Positions 1 to 7,815 of a stretch of 40,218 bases of DNA are shown here, one piece after another. The stretch is from Escherichia phage CLB_P1, in sequence record KC109329.1; one strand, written 5' to 3'. Within the stretch, counting starts at the first letter, position 1. Every line of letters starts with the position of its first letter. The notes beneath the pieces were generated by a model. That model did no database searches, was not told where the DNA came from, and saw nothing but the letters and a program-made list of their open reading frames with translations. Both the position numbers and the translations under genes were made by a program.

Positions 1-20
1 CTTTGAGTCTCTATCTGTAT

Positions 21-107
21 AACCATAGGTCCTACAACCATAGGTCTAACAACCTACAGTCTCACTAACCTACAGTCACAACCATAAGACACTGACATCC
101 TACAGTC
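21..107 (+). repeat. Left-end array of ~15-bp-spaced short direct repeats (AACC[A/T]A[C/G][A/G]GTC units)
   Basis: Units at 21-31, 36-46, 51-61, 67-77, 97-107 read directly; analogous in position to the CCTAAAG-type repeat arrays next to the T7 terminal repeat. Confidence 0.6.
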
Positions 108-424
108 ATAGACATACAGCTAATAGACACAAAGCCATAGACTTAAGGTCTAAGACATGTTAGTCAAAGACTATATCCTCTTAGTCACTATGGGGCCGAC
201 GATAGCTTAATCAATATTATTTCAAATTACCTATTGACTATATGTCCAGACTATGGCCTAATAGCTTCCGTCAACACGACACGGCAGTAAACGCTAGGTA
301 ACTAGCAACGACTCACCGAGATGGTGACTCACAGTAGGTCAGGACGATAGGTTGAATGGTCTAGCCAGTACGGAAGATTGCAGAAGGAACTAAGCGTACC
401 GACCTCAGAGCTGAAAGAAAGTAG

Positions 425-453
425 TTGACAAGTAGTAAGACTTAACGTAGTAT
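425..453 (+). promoter_or_regulatory. Strong sigma70-type host promoter (T7 A1-like): TTGACA, 17-nt spacer, TAGTAT
   Basis: -35 TTGACA at 425-430, 17-nt spacer, -10 TAGTAT at 448-453; sits upstream of the first early genes as the A promoters do in T7. Confidence 0.6.
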
Positions 454-538
454 GTACCACATCAACGAGAAACAATCCGGTAAAGTGCAATATATAAGGT
501 GGTGCAATGGAGCAACGCCTATTAATGAGGGTAGCATC

Positions 539-772
539 ATGATCAACCAAATCAAAACTACTAAATCAAATGTTAACGGCAACGTTTCTCACTTTATCGG
601 TGATAACGAAAGAGGCACACCATACGCCGCCGTAACCGTGCAACCAAATGGCGATTATTGGTTTACCGTGTATGGATCATACTCTTTTGGACGTCCGGCG
701 CATGATAAGATCTTGCAAGCGGTTAAGCCTACAGGGAAGAATATTACAGCAGAAAAGTTTTATAAAAAGTAG
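539..772 (+). CDS. Hypothetical early protein (77 aa), first gene downstream of the host promoter
   Basis: ATG at 539 preceded by GAGGG with 7-nt spacing; the track start at 452 overlaps the -10 box and is unlikely to be used; no recognised motif. Confidence 0.5.
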   Translation: MINQIKTTKSNVNGNVSHFIGDNERGTPYAAVTVQPNGDYWFTVYGSYSFGRPAHDKILQAVKPTGKNITAEKFYKK

Positions 773-852
773 CTTGCTTTGTGCGATCTGTTAACTTATA
801 GCGGCCTGACTGATAGTCACTAACACATACTTAACTTTGAGAGGATATAACT

Positions 853-1341
853 ATGGAACGTAACGCTAACGCATACTATGAGCTGCTGGCTGCAACCGTT
901 GAAGCATTTAACGAGCGTATTCAGTACGACGAAATAGCTGAAGGCGATGACTACCACGATGCGCTGCATGAAGTCGTAGACGGTCAGGTCCCGCACTATT
1001 ACCACGAGATTTTCACGGTGATGGCTGCTGATGGTATAGACCACGAGTTTGAGGACGCTGGGCTGATGCCTGAGACCAAGGACGTAACGCGTATACTGCA
1101 AGCTCGCATCTATGAGGCACTGTATAACGATGTGTCTAATAGCTCGGATGTAGTCTGGTTCGAGGGCGAATACTGGGTGGTTGATGCTGAGACAGGGGCA
1201 ATCATTGAGCAGGAGGGATCACTTGAGGAAGCTATTACATGCGCTAAAAAATTCTATCCGATAGGTCGCCACCTGAAGGTCGAGGACATCAACGATAACG
1301 TAGTGTTCGACCCTGCGGCTGCTGAAGAGGACTGCGAGTGA
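853..1341 (+). CDS. Ocr-like anti-restriction DNA-mimic protein (T7 gp0.3 homolog) with a ~60-aa C-terminal extension
   Basis: Residues 1-100 align with T7 Ocr (YD.I...D.HDA.H...[34 protein letters not shown]); RBS GAGAGGA upstream of ATG. Confidence 0.8.
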   Translation: MERNANAYYELLAATVEAFNERIQYDEIAEGDDYHDALHEVVDGQVPHYYHEIFTVMAADGIDHEFEDAGLMPETKDVTRILQARIYEALYNDVSNSSDVVWFEGEYWVVDAETGAIIEQEGSLEEAITCAKKFYPIGRHLKVEDINDNVVFDPAAAEEDCE

Positions 1342-1484
1342 TGGTAACTTATGGTATCTGCCAGTACCACGTCACCAACGCCCGGCTTATGGTCCAGACC
1401 GGGCAGTTAACCCATGACGCGGCTATGCGTCACCTGAAGGCGGTCTACGAGGGACGCAAGCGCATACACGACAGTGAGGATAAG
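1341..1484 (+). CDS. Small hypothetical early protein (47 aa), possibly gp0.4-like
   Basis: ATG overlaps the Ocr stop (TGATG); short ORF in the early-gene position. Confidence 0.35.
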
Positions 1485-1489
1485 TAAAC

Positions 1490-1615
1490 ATGTGCCAGAT
1501 AACTTATAGCAGTGAACAGGCGTTCTACGATGGGTGCTACGAGATGATGAAGCGTGGGGCTTGCTACATAGCTAATCACCAAAGCCTGACCATAACGCTT
1601 ACAGGTGGGTACTGA
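1490..1615 (+). CDS. Small hypothetical early protein (41 aa)
   Basis: ATG at 1490 with upstream GAGGA; short ORF only. Confidence 0.3.
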   Translation: MCQITYSSEQAFYDGCYEMMKRGACYIANHQSLTITLTGGY

Positions 1616-1685
1616 GTGATAGACGAGAGGTCATCGACTGATAGGTGGCCTCAAAGATTACCACTTGCATTAATAGGAGTTAACT

Positions 1686-1853
1686 ATGAAATTTACAGTC
1701 ATCGCACTTTACGTAACCATTATTCTATCCTGGCTAACGGCGGTACTCATTGATGGGAACGCATTACGACTAGGCTGGCTGGCAGTGGACATTATATTCT
1801 CTCCGGTAGGGGTAGTGCGCGGCATCTTGATGTGGATTGGACTGGCGGGATAA
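1686..1853 (+). CDS. Small hydrophobic (membrane) protein, 55 aa
   Basis: RBS AGGAG before ATG at 1686; product MKFTVIALYVTIILSWLTAVLI... has two hydrophobic segments. Confidence 0.45.
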   Translation: MKFTVIALYVTIILSWLTAVLIDGNALRLGWLAVDIIFSPVGVVRGILMWIGLAG

Positions 1854-1856
1854 ACT

Positions 1857-2054
1857 ATGATAGCTGCACTATTGATAGCCATAGGCTATGGGCTTATCGC
1901 CTACGTGCTGGTGAGAGACATTAACAAGGCGCGTAAAGTCTACAAATTAAACTATGTACGTCTGGGTCGCTGGACTGTACGTCAACCTAACGGGCGATTC
2001 ATGCGCAACTTAGCGAACGTCTGGGATATAGCAACACTTGGGAGCAAACTGTAA
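1857..2054 (+). CDS. Hypothetical early protein (65 aa) with N-terminal hydrophobic helix
   Basis: ORF tightly packed after the previous gene; no recognised motif. Confidence 0.5.
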   Translation: MIAALLIAIGYGLIAYVLVRDINKARKVYKLNYVRLGRWTVRQPNGRFMRNLANVWDIATLGSKL

Positions 2055-2380
2055 TGAACAAGTCATACGGGATTAATCTGGTACACTCTATGGACGCAGA
2101 CATGCAAATGTTAAGCCTACTGGCTACCGGGTATCGTCACGGAACGTCAAGTCACTCCGCACGTCAACAGCAGGAGCGGGACCGTGTACTACAGGCACGA
2201 CTCCGGGCTGAGGGCCATAAGTCCGAACTGATGTGTCTGGCGTATGGTGGACGACCAATCACTGATGATGGTAAACTTCTGGTCTCAGGCTGGAAGGCGA
2301 TAGACCAACGGTCAACAATCCAGCACACGACTCATGGTGACTTCAGTCATCTTCACGCTAACCCACTGATATTAAAGTGA
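2054..2380 (+). CDS. Hypothetical early protein (108 aa)
   Basis: ORF start overlaps the previous stop (TAATG); no recognised motif. Confidence 0.5.
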   Translation: MNKSYGINLVHSMDADMQMLSLLATGYRHGTSSHSARQQQERDRVLQARLRAEGHKSELMCLAYGGRPITDDGKLLVSGWKAIDQRSTIQHTTHGDFSHLHANPLILK

Positions 2381-2385
2381 TTCTG

Positions 2386-2408
2386 ACTTAACTATCACTA
2401 TAGGACTC
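2386..2408 (+). promoter_or_regulatory. Phage RNAP promoter copy immediately upstream of the RNA polymerase gene (ACTTAACTATCACTATA/GGACTC)
   Basis: Matches the genome-wide 17-bp promoter core at -17..-1; the initiating region GGACTC differs from the GGGAGA of the strongest copy. Confidence 0.55.
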
Positions 2409-2477
2409 AAGGTCTAAGACTCCAAGTGAAAGACCAAAGAGACTTTAAGTGAAAGACTAATAACAAGGACTTTAAGT

Positions 2478-5159
2478 ATGAGCGTCATCTCTATTGACAA
2501 ACACGACTTCTCTGATGTGTCGAACGCCATTGAGCCGTTTAACCTGCTGGCTGACCACTACGGGCAAGACCTTGCAGTCAAACAGCTTCAGCTTGAGCAT
2601 GAGGCATACACTGAAGGCGAGCGACGTTTCATCAAGAACCTTGAGCGCCAGACTGAGCGCGGAGAACTGGCAGACAATCAGGTCGCCAAGCCTTTGATGC
2701 AGACTCTGGTCCCTAAGATTGCGCAAGCCGTCAAGGAGTGGCATGAAGGTCAAGACGGGAAGCTGTCAACCTCTCGTCCGAGCGTAGCGTTCACCATGTT
2801 GAGCACTGAAGAGAAGGCCGTCAAGGACCGCTCTCTGCGCATCTCCTGTGAGTCTGCTGCGGTTATCATACTGAAGGTCATCCTCTCCAAGCTGGTCAAG
2901 CCTGAAGGGATACCGATTACACCTATGGCCTCAGCGATAGGTCGCACACTTGAGGATGAAATCCGATTCGGTCGCATTCGTGACAAGGAGAAGGAGCACT
3001 TCAAGAAGGTGATAGCTGATAACCTGAACAAGAGAGCCGGGGCATCATACAAGAAAGCCTACATGCAAGCGGTCGAGACATCCATGCTGGAGCAGGGTCA
3101 ACTGGAAGATGCGTGGGGAACTTGGAGTCCGACAGAAGCGGTACACGTTGGCATCAAGATGCTTGAGATTGTCATACAGTCCACACAACTGGTCGAGCTT
3201 AAGCGTTACGGTGCTGGCAATGCAGCTGCTGACGTTGAGATGGTCCACCTGTCAGACTTCTGGGTCAAGAAGATGACACAACGTGGGTTCAGCCTTGCGG
3301 GTATTGCGCCAGTCTACCAGCCTTGCGTCGTTCCACCTAAACCGTGGACTGGTGTCGTAGGAGGTGGGTACTGGGCCAAAGGTCGCAGACCACTACCACT
3401 GATTCGCTTAGGGTCTAAGTCTGCGGTGGCGCGTTACGAAGACGTGTACATGCCTGAAGTCTATGACGCTGTGAATATCATCCAGAATACACCTTGGAAA
3501 GTTAACAAGAAGGTACTGGAAGTGGTGAACACGGTCGAGAAGCTGAACAACACGCCTATTGACGACATCCCTCAGATGGAGCCACTGAAGCCTGAAGACT
3601 ATGCGGGTGAGACTGAAGAGGAACTCAAGGCATGGAAGAAGGCTGCTGCTGGTATCTACCGCCGAGAGAAGGCCCGGCAGTCACGCAGATTGTCACTGAG
3701 CTTTATCGTTAACCAAGCGAACAAGTTTTCTCAGTTCAAGGCCATCTGGTTCCCGTACAACATGGACTGGCGCGGTCGCGTCTACGCTGTGCCGATGTTC
3801 AACCCTCAGGGTAACGACATGCAAAAGGGTCTACTGACTCTGGCAGTCGGCAAGCCTATTGGTGCCGATGGATTTAAATGGCTGAAGGTACACGGTGCAA
3901 ACTGTGCGGGTGTCGATAAAGTCACCTTCGAGGAGCGCATCAAGTGGGTGGAAGACAACCACGACAACATCATGGCTGCTGCTAAGGCACCGATGGACAG
4001 CATTGAGTGGTGGGGCAAGTTAGACTCTCCGTTCTGCTTCCTTGCGTTCTGCTTCGAGTATGCTGGCGTAATGCACCACGGATTGTCTTACTCCTGCTCG
4101 CTTCCGATAGCGTTCGATGGGTCCTGCTCTGGGATTCAGCACTTCAGCGCGATGCTTCGTGACCACATCGGTGGACATGCAGTAAACCTGACGCCTTCCG
4201 GTAAGGTCCAAGACATCTACCGCATCGTGTCTGACCGCGTTGAGGAGGAGCTTAAAGTCCTGCTGGTTAACGGCACGGACAACGAGATGGTAACTCACGA
4301 GGACAAGAAAACTGGTGAGATTACCGAACGTCTCAAGCTGGGGACACGAGAGCTGGCCCGGCAGTGGCTGACTTACGGTATGTCACGCAAGGTTACTAAG
4401 CGCTCAGTCATGACTCTGGCCTACGGGTCGAAAGAGTACGGCTTCGCAGACCAAGTTTATGAGGACATCGTGATGCCAGCGATTGACTCAGGGTCTGGCG
4501 CTATGTTCACCGAGCCAAGCCAAGCGTCTCGCTTCATGGCTAAGATGATTTGGGAAGCTGTGAGTGTGACCGTAGTTGCTGCGGTTGACGCGATGAAGTG
4601 GCTTCAAGGTGCTGCCAAGCTGCTGGCTGCTGAAGTGAAGGACAAGAAGACTGGTGAAATCCTGAAGCCTTGCCTTCCGGTACACTGGGTCACGCCTGAT
4701 GGTTTCCCGGTATGGCAGGAATACCGCAAGAAGGATACCACTCGTCTGAACCTGATGTTCTTAGGGTCCTTCAACCTTCAACCTACGGTCAACAAAGGTA
4801 CGAAGAAAGAGCTGGATAAGCACAAGCAGGAGTCAGGCATTAGCCCAAACTTCGTCCACTCACAAGATGGTAGCCACCTACGCAAGACTGTAGTCCACAC
4901 GCATCGCAAGTATGGCGTGATGTCATTCGCAGTGATTCACGATAGCTTCGGGACCATCCCGGCTGACGCTGAATATCTGTTCCGTGGTGTCCGTGAGACG
5001 ATGGTTGAGACATACCGCGACAACGATGTGCTGCTTGACTTCTACGAGCAGTTTGAATGCCAGCTTCATGAGAGCCAGCGCGACAAGTTGCCTGAGCTAC
5101 CGAAGAAAGGTAAACTGAATATCGAAGACATCTTGTCTTCAGATTTTGCATTCGCTTAA
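2478..5159 (+). CDS. Single-subunit DNA-directed RNA polymerase (T7 gene 1 homolog), 893 aa
   Basis: Full-length alignment with T7 RNAP from recall (DFS...PFN.LADHYG, PCVVPPKPWTG, WFPYNMDWRGRVYAV, HGANCAGVDKV, SPFCFLAFCFEYAGV, IHDSFGT, FAFA C-terminus). Confidence 0.97.
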   Translation: MSVISIDKHDFSDVSNAIEPFNLLADHYGQDLAVKQLQLEHEAYTEGERRFIKNLERQTERGELADNQVAKPLMQTLVPKIAQAVKEWHEGQDGKLSTSRPSVAFTMLSTEEKAVKDRSLRISCESAAVIILKVILSKLVKPEGIPITPMASAIGRTLEDEIRFGRIRDKEKEHFKKVIADNLNKRAGASYKKAYMQAVETSMLEQGQLEDAWGTWSPTEAVHVGIKMLEIVIQSTQLVELKRYGAGNAAADVEMVHLSDFWVKKMTQRGFSLAGIAPVYQPCVVPPKPWTGVVGGGYWAKGRRPLPLIRLGSKSAVARYEDVYMPEVYDAVNIIQNTPWKVNKKVLEVVNTVEKLNNTPIDDIPQMEPLKPEDYAGETEEELKAWKKAAAGIYRREKARQSRRLSLSFIVNQANKFSQFKAIWFPYNMDWRGRVYAVPMFNPQGNDMQKGLLTLAVGKPIGADGFKWLKVHGANCAGVDKVTFEERIKWVEDNHDNIMAAAKAPMDSIEWWGKLDSPFCFLAFCFEYAGVMHHGLSYSCSLPIAFDGSCSGIQHFSAMLRDHIGGHAVNLTPSGKVQDIYRIVSDRVEEELKVLLVNGTDNEMVTHEDKKTGEITERLKLGTRELARQWLTYGMSRKVTKRSVMTLAYGSKEYGFADQVYEDIVMPAIDSGSGAMFTEPSQASRFMAKMIWEAVSVTVVAAVDAMKWLQGAAKLLAAEVKDKKTGEILKPCLPVHWVTPDGFPVWQEYRKKDTTRLNLMFLGSFNLQPTVNKGTKKELDKHKQESGISPNFVHSQDGSHLRKTVVHTHRKYGVMSFAVIHDSFGTIPADAEYLFRGVRETMVETYRDNDVLLDFYEQFECQLHESQRDKLPELPKKGKLNIEDILSSDFAFA

Positions 5160-5171
5160 CAGGAGATAGTT

Positions 5172-5387
5172 ATGAAATTTGCACACAAGCAGGCTGGTGT
5201 TAATGGTGGGACTCAAATCGTGACCGTAACAGAACACAACGGCAAGGGTCTGGTGAAGACCACTGTCATCCCAACTGAGATGTCCAAGCAGCTTAACGTC
5301 CCGTTCAAGACTCTTGTATATCTGGTAGAGTCCAGCCACGAGAAGTACCTAAAGGACGCAGTGTCAAAACTGGAGCAGACCAAATGA
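5172..5387 (+). CDS. Hypothetical protein (71 aa)
   Basis: RBS AGGAGA before ATG; ORF between gene 1 and gene 1.1. Confidence 0.55.
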   Translation: MKFAHKQAGVNGGTQIVTVTEHNGKGLVKTTVIPTEMSKQLNVPFKTLVYLVESSHEKYLKDAVSKLEQTK

Positions 5388-5461
5388 CAGACCTACAGTT
5401 ACTGGCCTTGTGGCTAGGAGCACTCGCAGTATTCACTTTAATCCAACGCAGAAGAGGTTAA

Positions 5462-5484
5462 CCTAAACTATCACTATAGGATTA
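5462..5484 (+). promoter_or_regulatory. Phage RNAP promoter (CCTAAACTATCACTATA/GGATTA)
   Basis: Consensus 17-mer read directly; position corresponds to T7 phi1.1. Confidence 0.65.
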
Positions 5485-5526
5485 GACTCAAGGTCATGAC
5501 TCAAAGTCGTGGCCTTCATGATTAAC
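5483..5526 (+). promoter_or_regulatory. Conserved stem-loop, candidate RNase III processing site (R1.1-like)
   Basis: AAGGTCAT...GTGGCCTT stem that pairs only as RNA (two G-U wobbles); same element recurs at 12568 and 36254 with different loops. Confidence 0.4.
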
Positions 5527-5557
5527 CCTAAATAAACACTACTGGAGATTTAACCGT

Positions 5558-5737
5558 ATGTATCAGAACACTATCAACTTCGAGCGCATCCGTGAACGTC
5601 AGCAGACTGAAGGTTACATTCCTAAGGGCCGCAAGCTGAACAAAACTAAACGTGGTGGTGGTATCAAGGGCGCTTTCCGAAACGCTGAAGGTAAAGACTC
5701 TCTGGTTAACCAAGAGAAATACTTCGTAGGAGCATAA
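5558..5737 (+). CDS. gp1.1-like small basic protein (59 aa)
   Basis: Contains KGRKLNKTKR as in T7 gp1.1; ATG at 5558. Confidence 0.6.
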   Translation: MYQNTINFERIRERQQTEGYIPKGRKLNKTKRGGGIKGAFRNAEGKDSLVNQEKYFVGA

Positions 5738-5741
5738 CCAA

Positions 5742-6005
5742 ATGGGCCGACTTTATAGTGGCAACCTCAACGCTTTCAAAGCAGCGTGTAGCAGGCTTTA
5801 TCAGTTAGACTTCGCTGTTATATCTCAGGAGTTTCAAGACAATGTGTCTCGCCAAGAGTGTATGAAACTCAGGGTGGAGGACCGAGCTGGCAACATCTTC
5901 GCGCTTGAGACCTTCGCACACTACGATGAAGACGTGCTGTATAATACTGCAACCGACTACCTCAACGGTCTCGCTGACCAACTCGATACATGGAGCAAAG
6001 CATAA
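5742..6005 (+). CDS. gp1.2-like protein (T7 dGTPase inhibitor homolog)
   Basis: MGRLYSGNL.AFKAA...LY.LDFAVI... aligns with the T7 gp1.2 N-terminus. Confidence 0.8.
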   Translation: MGRLYSGNLNAFKAACSRLYQLDFAVISQEFQDNVSRQECMKLRVEDRAGNIFALETFAHYDEDVLYNTATDYLNGLADQLDTWSKA

Positions 6006-7057
6006 TGACAACTATTAAAACCAACCCACACCGCGCTGTAGATTACTCTGAGTCTGGCGTTAAGAAGGCACTGGAAGCAGCCGGGTCTCTGGAAGCTGAA
6101 GTGAAGTACGATGGTGTCCGGTTGAATCTTCCGGTATTCCCTACTGGTGAGACTCAATGGTTGAGCCGTGAGTCTAAACATCTCCCAGCACTTGAGTGGC
6201 TGTCAGTCCTTACCAACATCGACAACATCGTTGAGGACCAGCAAAAAGCCAGCGACTGGCGATGGTTCCTGAAGCAGGCTGGCTACGAAGGCACTGGCCT
6301 GATGATTGACGGTGAGGTCATGGTAAAGGGAGTGGACTTCAATACGTCTTCAGGTCTCATCCGAACGAAGTGGGTAAATCAAAAGAACTTTGAGTTTTCC
6401 ACTGGTGAGCACTGGGGTAAGAGCTGGAAGAAAGAGAATCTACCGTTCTGTCTTGACAAGAAGTACATCAAGGTAGTCGTCTACGGTATCGTGGACCTTA
6501 ACGTCATCCTCGACCCCAAGGCCGAAGGTCCTATCCATAGCGTCACCCGCCTGAAGGCCGAAGCTATCGTCCCTCTCCTCCAGAAATACTTCCCGGAAAT
6601 CGAATGGGTTCTTTCGGAGTCACACACGGTCTTTGACCTTGAGTCGCTCCAATCCCTGTACGAAGAGAAGCGAGCAGAAGGTCACGAAGGACTGGTGGTG
6701 AAAGACCCACTGGGCAAGTGGAAGCGTGGCAAGAAGTCAGGCATGTGGAAAATGAAGCCGAGCGAAGAGGCAGACGGCCATGTTGTTCGTCCGGTATGGG
6801 GAACGGAAGGTCTAGCCAACGAAGGTCTGGTAATTGGCTTTGACGTTATGCTTGAGAACGGGATGGAGGTCTCCGCAACTAACATTAGTCGCGCCCTTAT
6901 GTCCGAGTTCACCGAGAACGTCAAGTCGGACCCAGATTACTACAAAGGGTGGGCCTGTCAGATTACCTACATGGAGGAGACACCAGATGGAAGTTTGCGA
7001 CATCCGTCATTCGACCAATGGCGAGGTACTGAGGACAATCCTACAGTCAAGATTTAA
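6005..7057 (+). CDS. ATP-dependent DNA ligase (T7 gene 1.3 homolog)
   Basis: IKTNP, adenylation motif KYDGVR, EGHEGLVVKDP, KRGKKSGMWKMKP, GWACQITYMEETPDGSLRHPSF; start taken at the ATG overlapping the upstream stop (TAATG), not the track's 5990. Confidence 0.93.
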   Translation: MTTIKTNPHRAVDYSESGVKKALEAAGSLEAEVKYDGVRLNLPVFPTGETQWLSRESKHLPALEWLSVLTNIDNIVEDQQKASDWRWFLKQAGYEGTGLMIDGEVMVKGVDFNTSSGLIRTKWVNQKNFEFSTGEHWGKSWKKENLPFCLDKKYIKVVVYGIVDLNVILDPKAEGPIHSVTRLKAEAIVPLLQKYFPEIEWVLSESHTVFDLESLQSLYEEKRAEGHEGLVVKDPLGKWKRGKKSGMWKMKPSEEADGHVVRPVWGTEGLANEGLVIGFDVMLENGMEVSATNISRALMSEFTENVKSDPDYYKGWACQITYMEETPDGSLRHPSFDQWRGTEDNPTVKI

Positions 7058-7091
7058 GGTTGACCGGACGGCTCCTTCTGGAGTCGCCAAC

Positions 7092-7448
7092 ATGAAGGGT
7101 AAGCACTTAGGCTATCGACGCAAGGACGGCTACTGGGTTATAAGCACAACAAAGGGTCAACTCCTTGCTCACAGGGTAGTCTGGGAACTAACTCATGGTC
7201 CGATACCTGAAGGAATGGTGATTGACCATATAAACCGCGACCCTTCTGATAACCGCATTGAGAACTTACGATGTGTAACCCAGGCAGTGAACCTAACAAA
7301 CGTTCCCGTCCGTAGCCACTGCAAGTCTGGTGAGAAGTATGTGAACTTTGAGCCAAGGACTGGTAGATGGCAACTTCGGATAAAGCGTAAGTCATATGGT
7401 ACGTTCGACACCATAGCTGAGGCGGTAGCCTTGAGAGATTCATTATGA
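7092..7448 (+). CDS. HNH homing endonuclease (free-standing)
   Basis: HGPIPEGMVIDHINRDPSDNRIENLRCVTQAVN motif; lies immediately after the ligase gene. Confidence 0.8.
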   Translation: MKGKHLGYRRKDGYWVISTTKGQLLAHRVVWELTHGPIPEGMVIDHINRDPSDNRIENLRCVTQAVNLTNVPVRSHCKSGEKYVNFEPRTGRWQLRIKRKSYGTFDTIAEAVALRDSL

Positions 7449-7452
7449 CGTC

Positions 7453-7487
7453 AACCCAGTGGTCTTAGGACTGCTGGGTTTCTTTGC
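7453..7487 (+). terminator. Putative intrinsic terminator ending the early region (TE-like)
   Basis: 7-bp perfect stem AACCCAG/CTGGGTT (7453-7459 / 7474-7480) followed by TTCTTTG; same relative position as T7 TE after gene 1.3. Confidence 0.5.
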
Positions 7488-7507
7488 GTCTAGGCCACCA
7501 GCTAGAC

Positions 7508-7530
7508 CCTAAGCTATCACTATAGGACAA
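7508..7530 (+). promoter_or_regulatory. Phage RNAP promoter (CCTAAGCTATCACTATA/GGACAA)
   Basis: Consensus core read directly; -12 is G instead of A. Confidence 0.6.
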
Positions 7531-7554
7531 CCATCAACTCAAAGGAGAGACTCA

Positions 7555-7815
7555 ATGTCTAAGAACTTAATGTTTAATCGCTTTACGTCTACCTTCCACC
7601 TGTCCAACAATCCGTTCGCCTGCATCAAGCGCAACGAGAAGGTAGGGTTCTTCGGCAAGGTCGTGAAGCTGTCACCTACAGTCTACGCGCTGTTGACTCC
7701 GGGCAAGATTGAAGAGGCACGCCAGAAGAAAGACTCAGCTGTGCCTGTGGTCTACACTAAGTGGCCTCGCCTGCGTCTGGTCGTAGAGTTCGCGAAGGAG
7801 GCCTACAATGACTGA
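7555..7815 (+). CDS. Hypothetical protein (86 aa), gp1.6 position
   Basis: RBS AAGGAG before ATG; no recognised motif. Confidence 0.55.
   Translation: MSKNLMFNRFTSTFHLSNNPFACIKRNEKVGFFGKVVKLSPTVYALLTPGKIEEARQKKDSAVPVVYTKWPRLRLVVEFAKEAYND

Noticed and set aside
178-200. Degenerate phage-promoter-like sequence CTTAGTCACTATGGGG in the left-end region
   Set aside because: Only the CACTAT core matches; the upstream specificity region and -1 differ from the consensus. It may be a vestigial left-end promoter but is too divergent to call.
305-330. T7-promoter-like string ACGACTCACCGAGATGG near the left end
   Set aside because: It matches the T7 -13 to -5 core only; the TATA-equivalent and initiation positions are wrong, and this phage's own promoters use ACTATCAC, so it was judged coincidental.
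452-538. Track start of the first ORF at ATG 452
   Set aside because: That ATG overlaps the -10 hexamer of the host promoter (448-453), so it would not be on the transcript; the in-frame ATG at 539 has a proper RBS.
2494-2697. Alternative-frame + strand ORFs inside long genes (e.g. 2494..2697, 6834..7083 portion, 9064..9282, 12086..12401, 25062..25514, 27372..27710)
   Set aside because: They overlap strongly supported genes in another frame and lack RBS signals; the only embedded gene accepted is the Rz1-like o-spanin, which has a lipobox and a T7 counterpart.
5384-5461. 25-aa hydrophobic mini-ORF overlapping the stop of the 71-aa gene (MTDLQLLALWLGALAVFTLIQRRRG)
   Set aside because: It is plausible as a tiny membrane peptide, but too short to support without expression data, so it was not listed as a feature.
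5990-6004. Upstream ATG at 5990 as the ligase start
   Set aside because: It has no RBS and lies inside the gp1.2 gene; the ATG at 6005 overlaps the gp1.2 stop (TAATG), has GGAG 9 nt upstream and gives an N-terminus matching T7 ligase (M..IKTNP).
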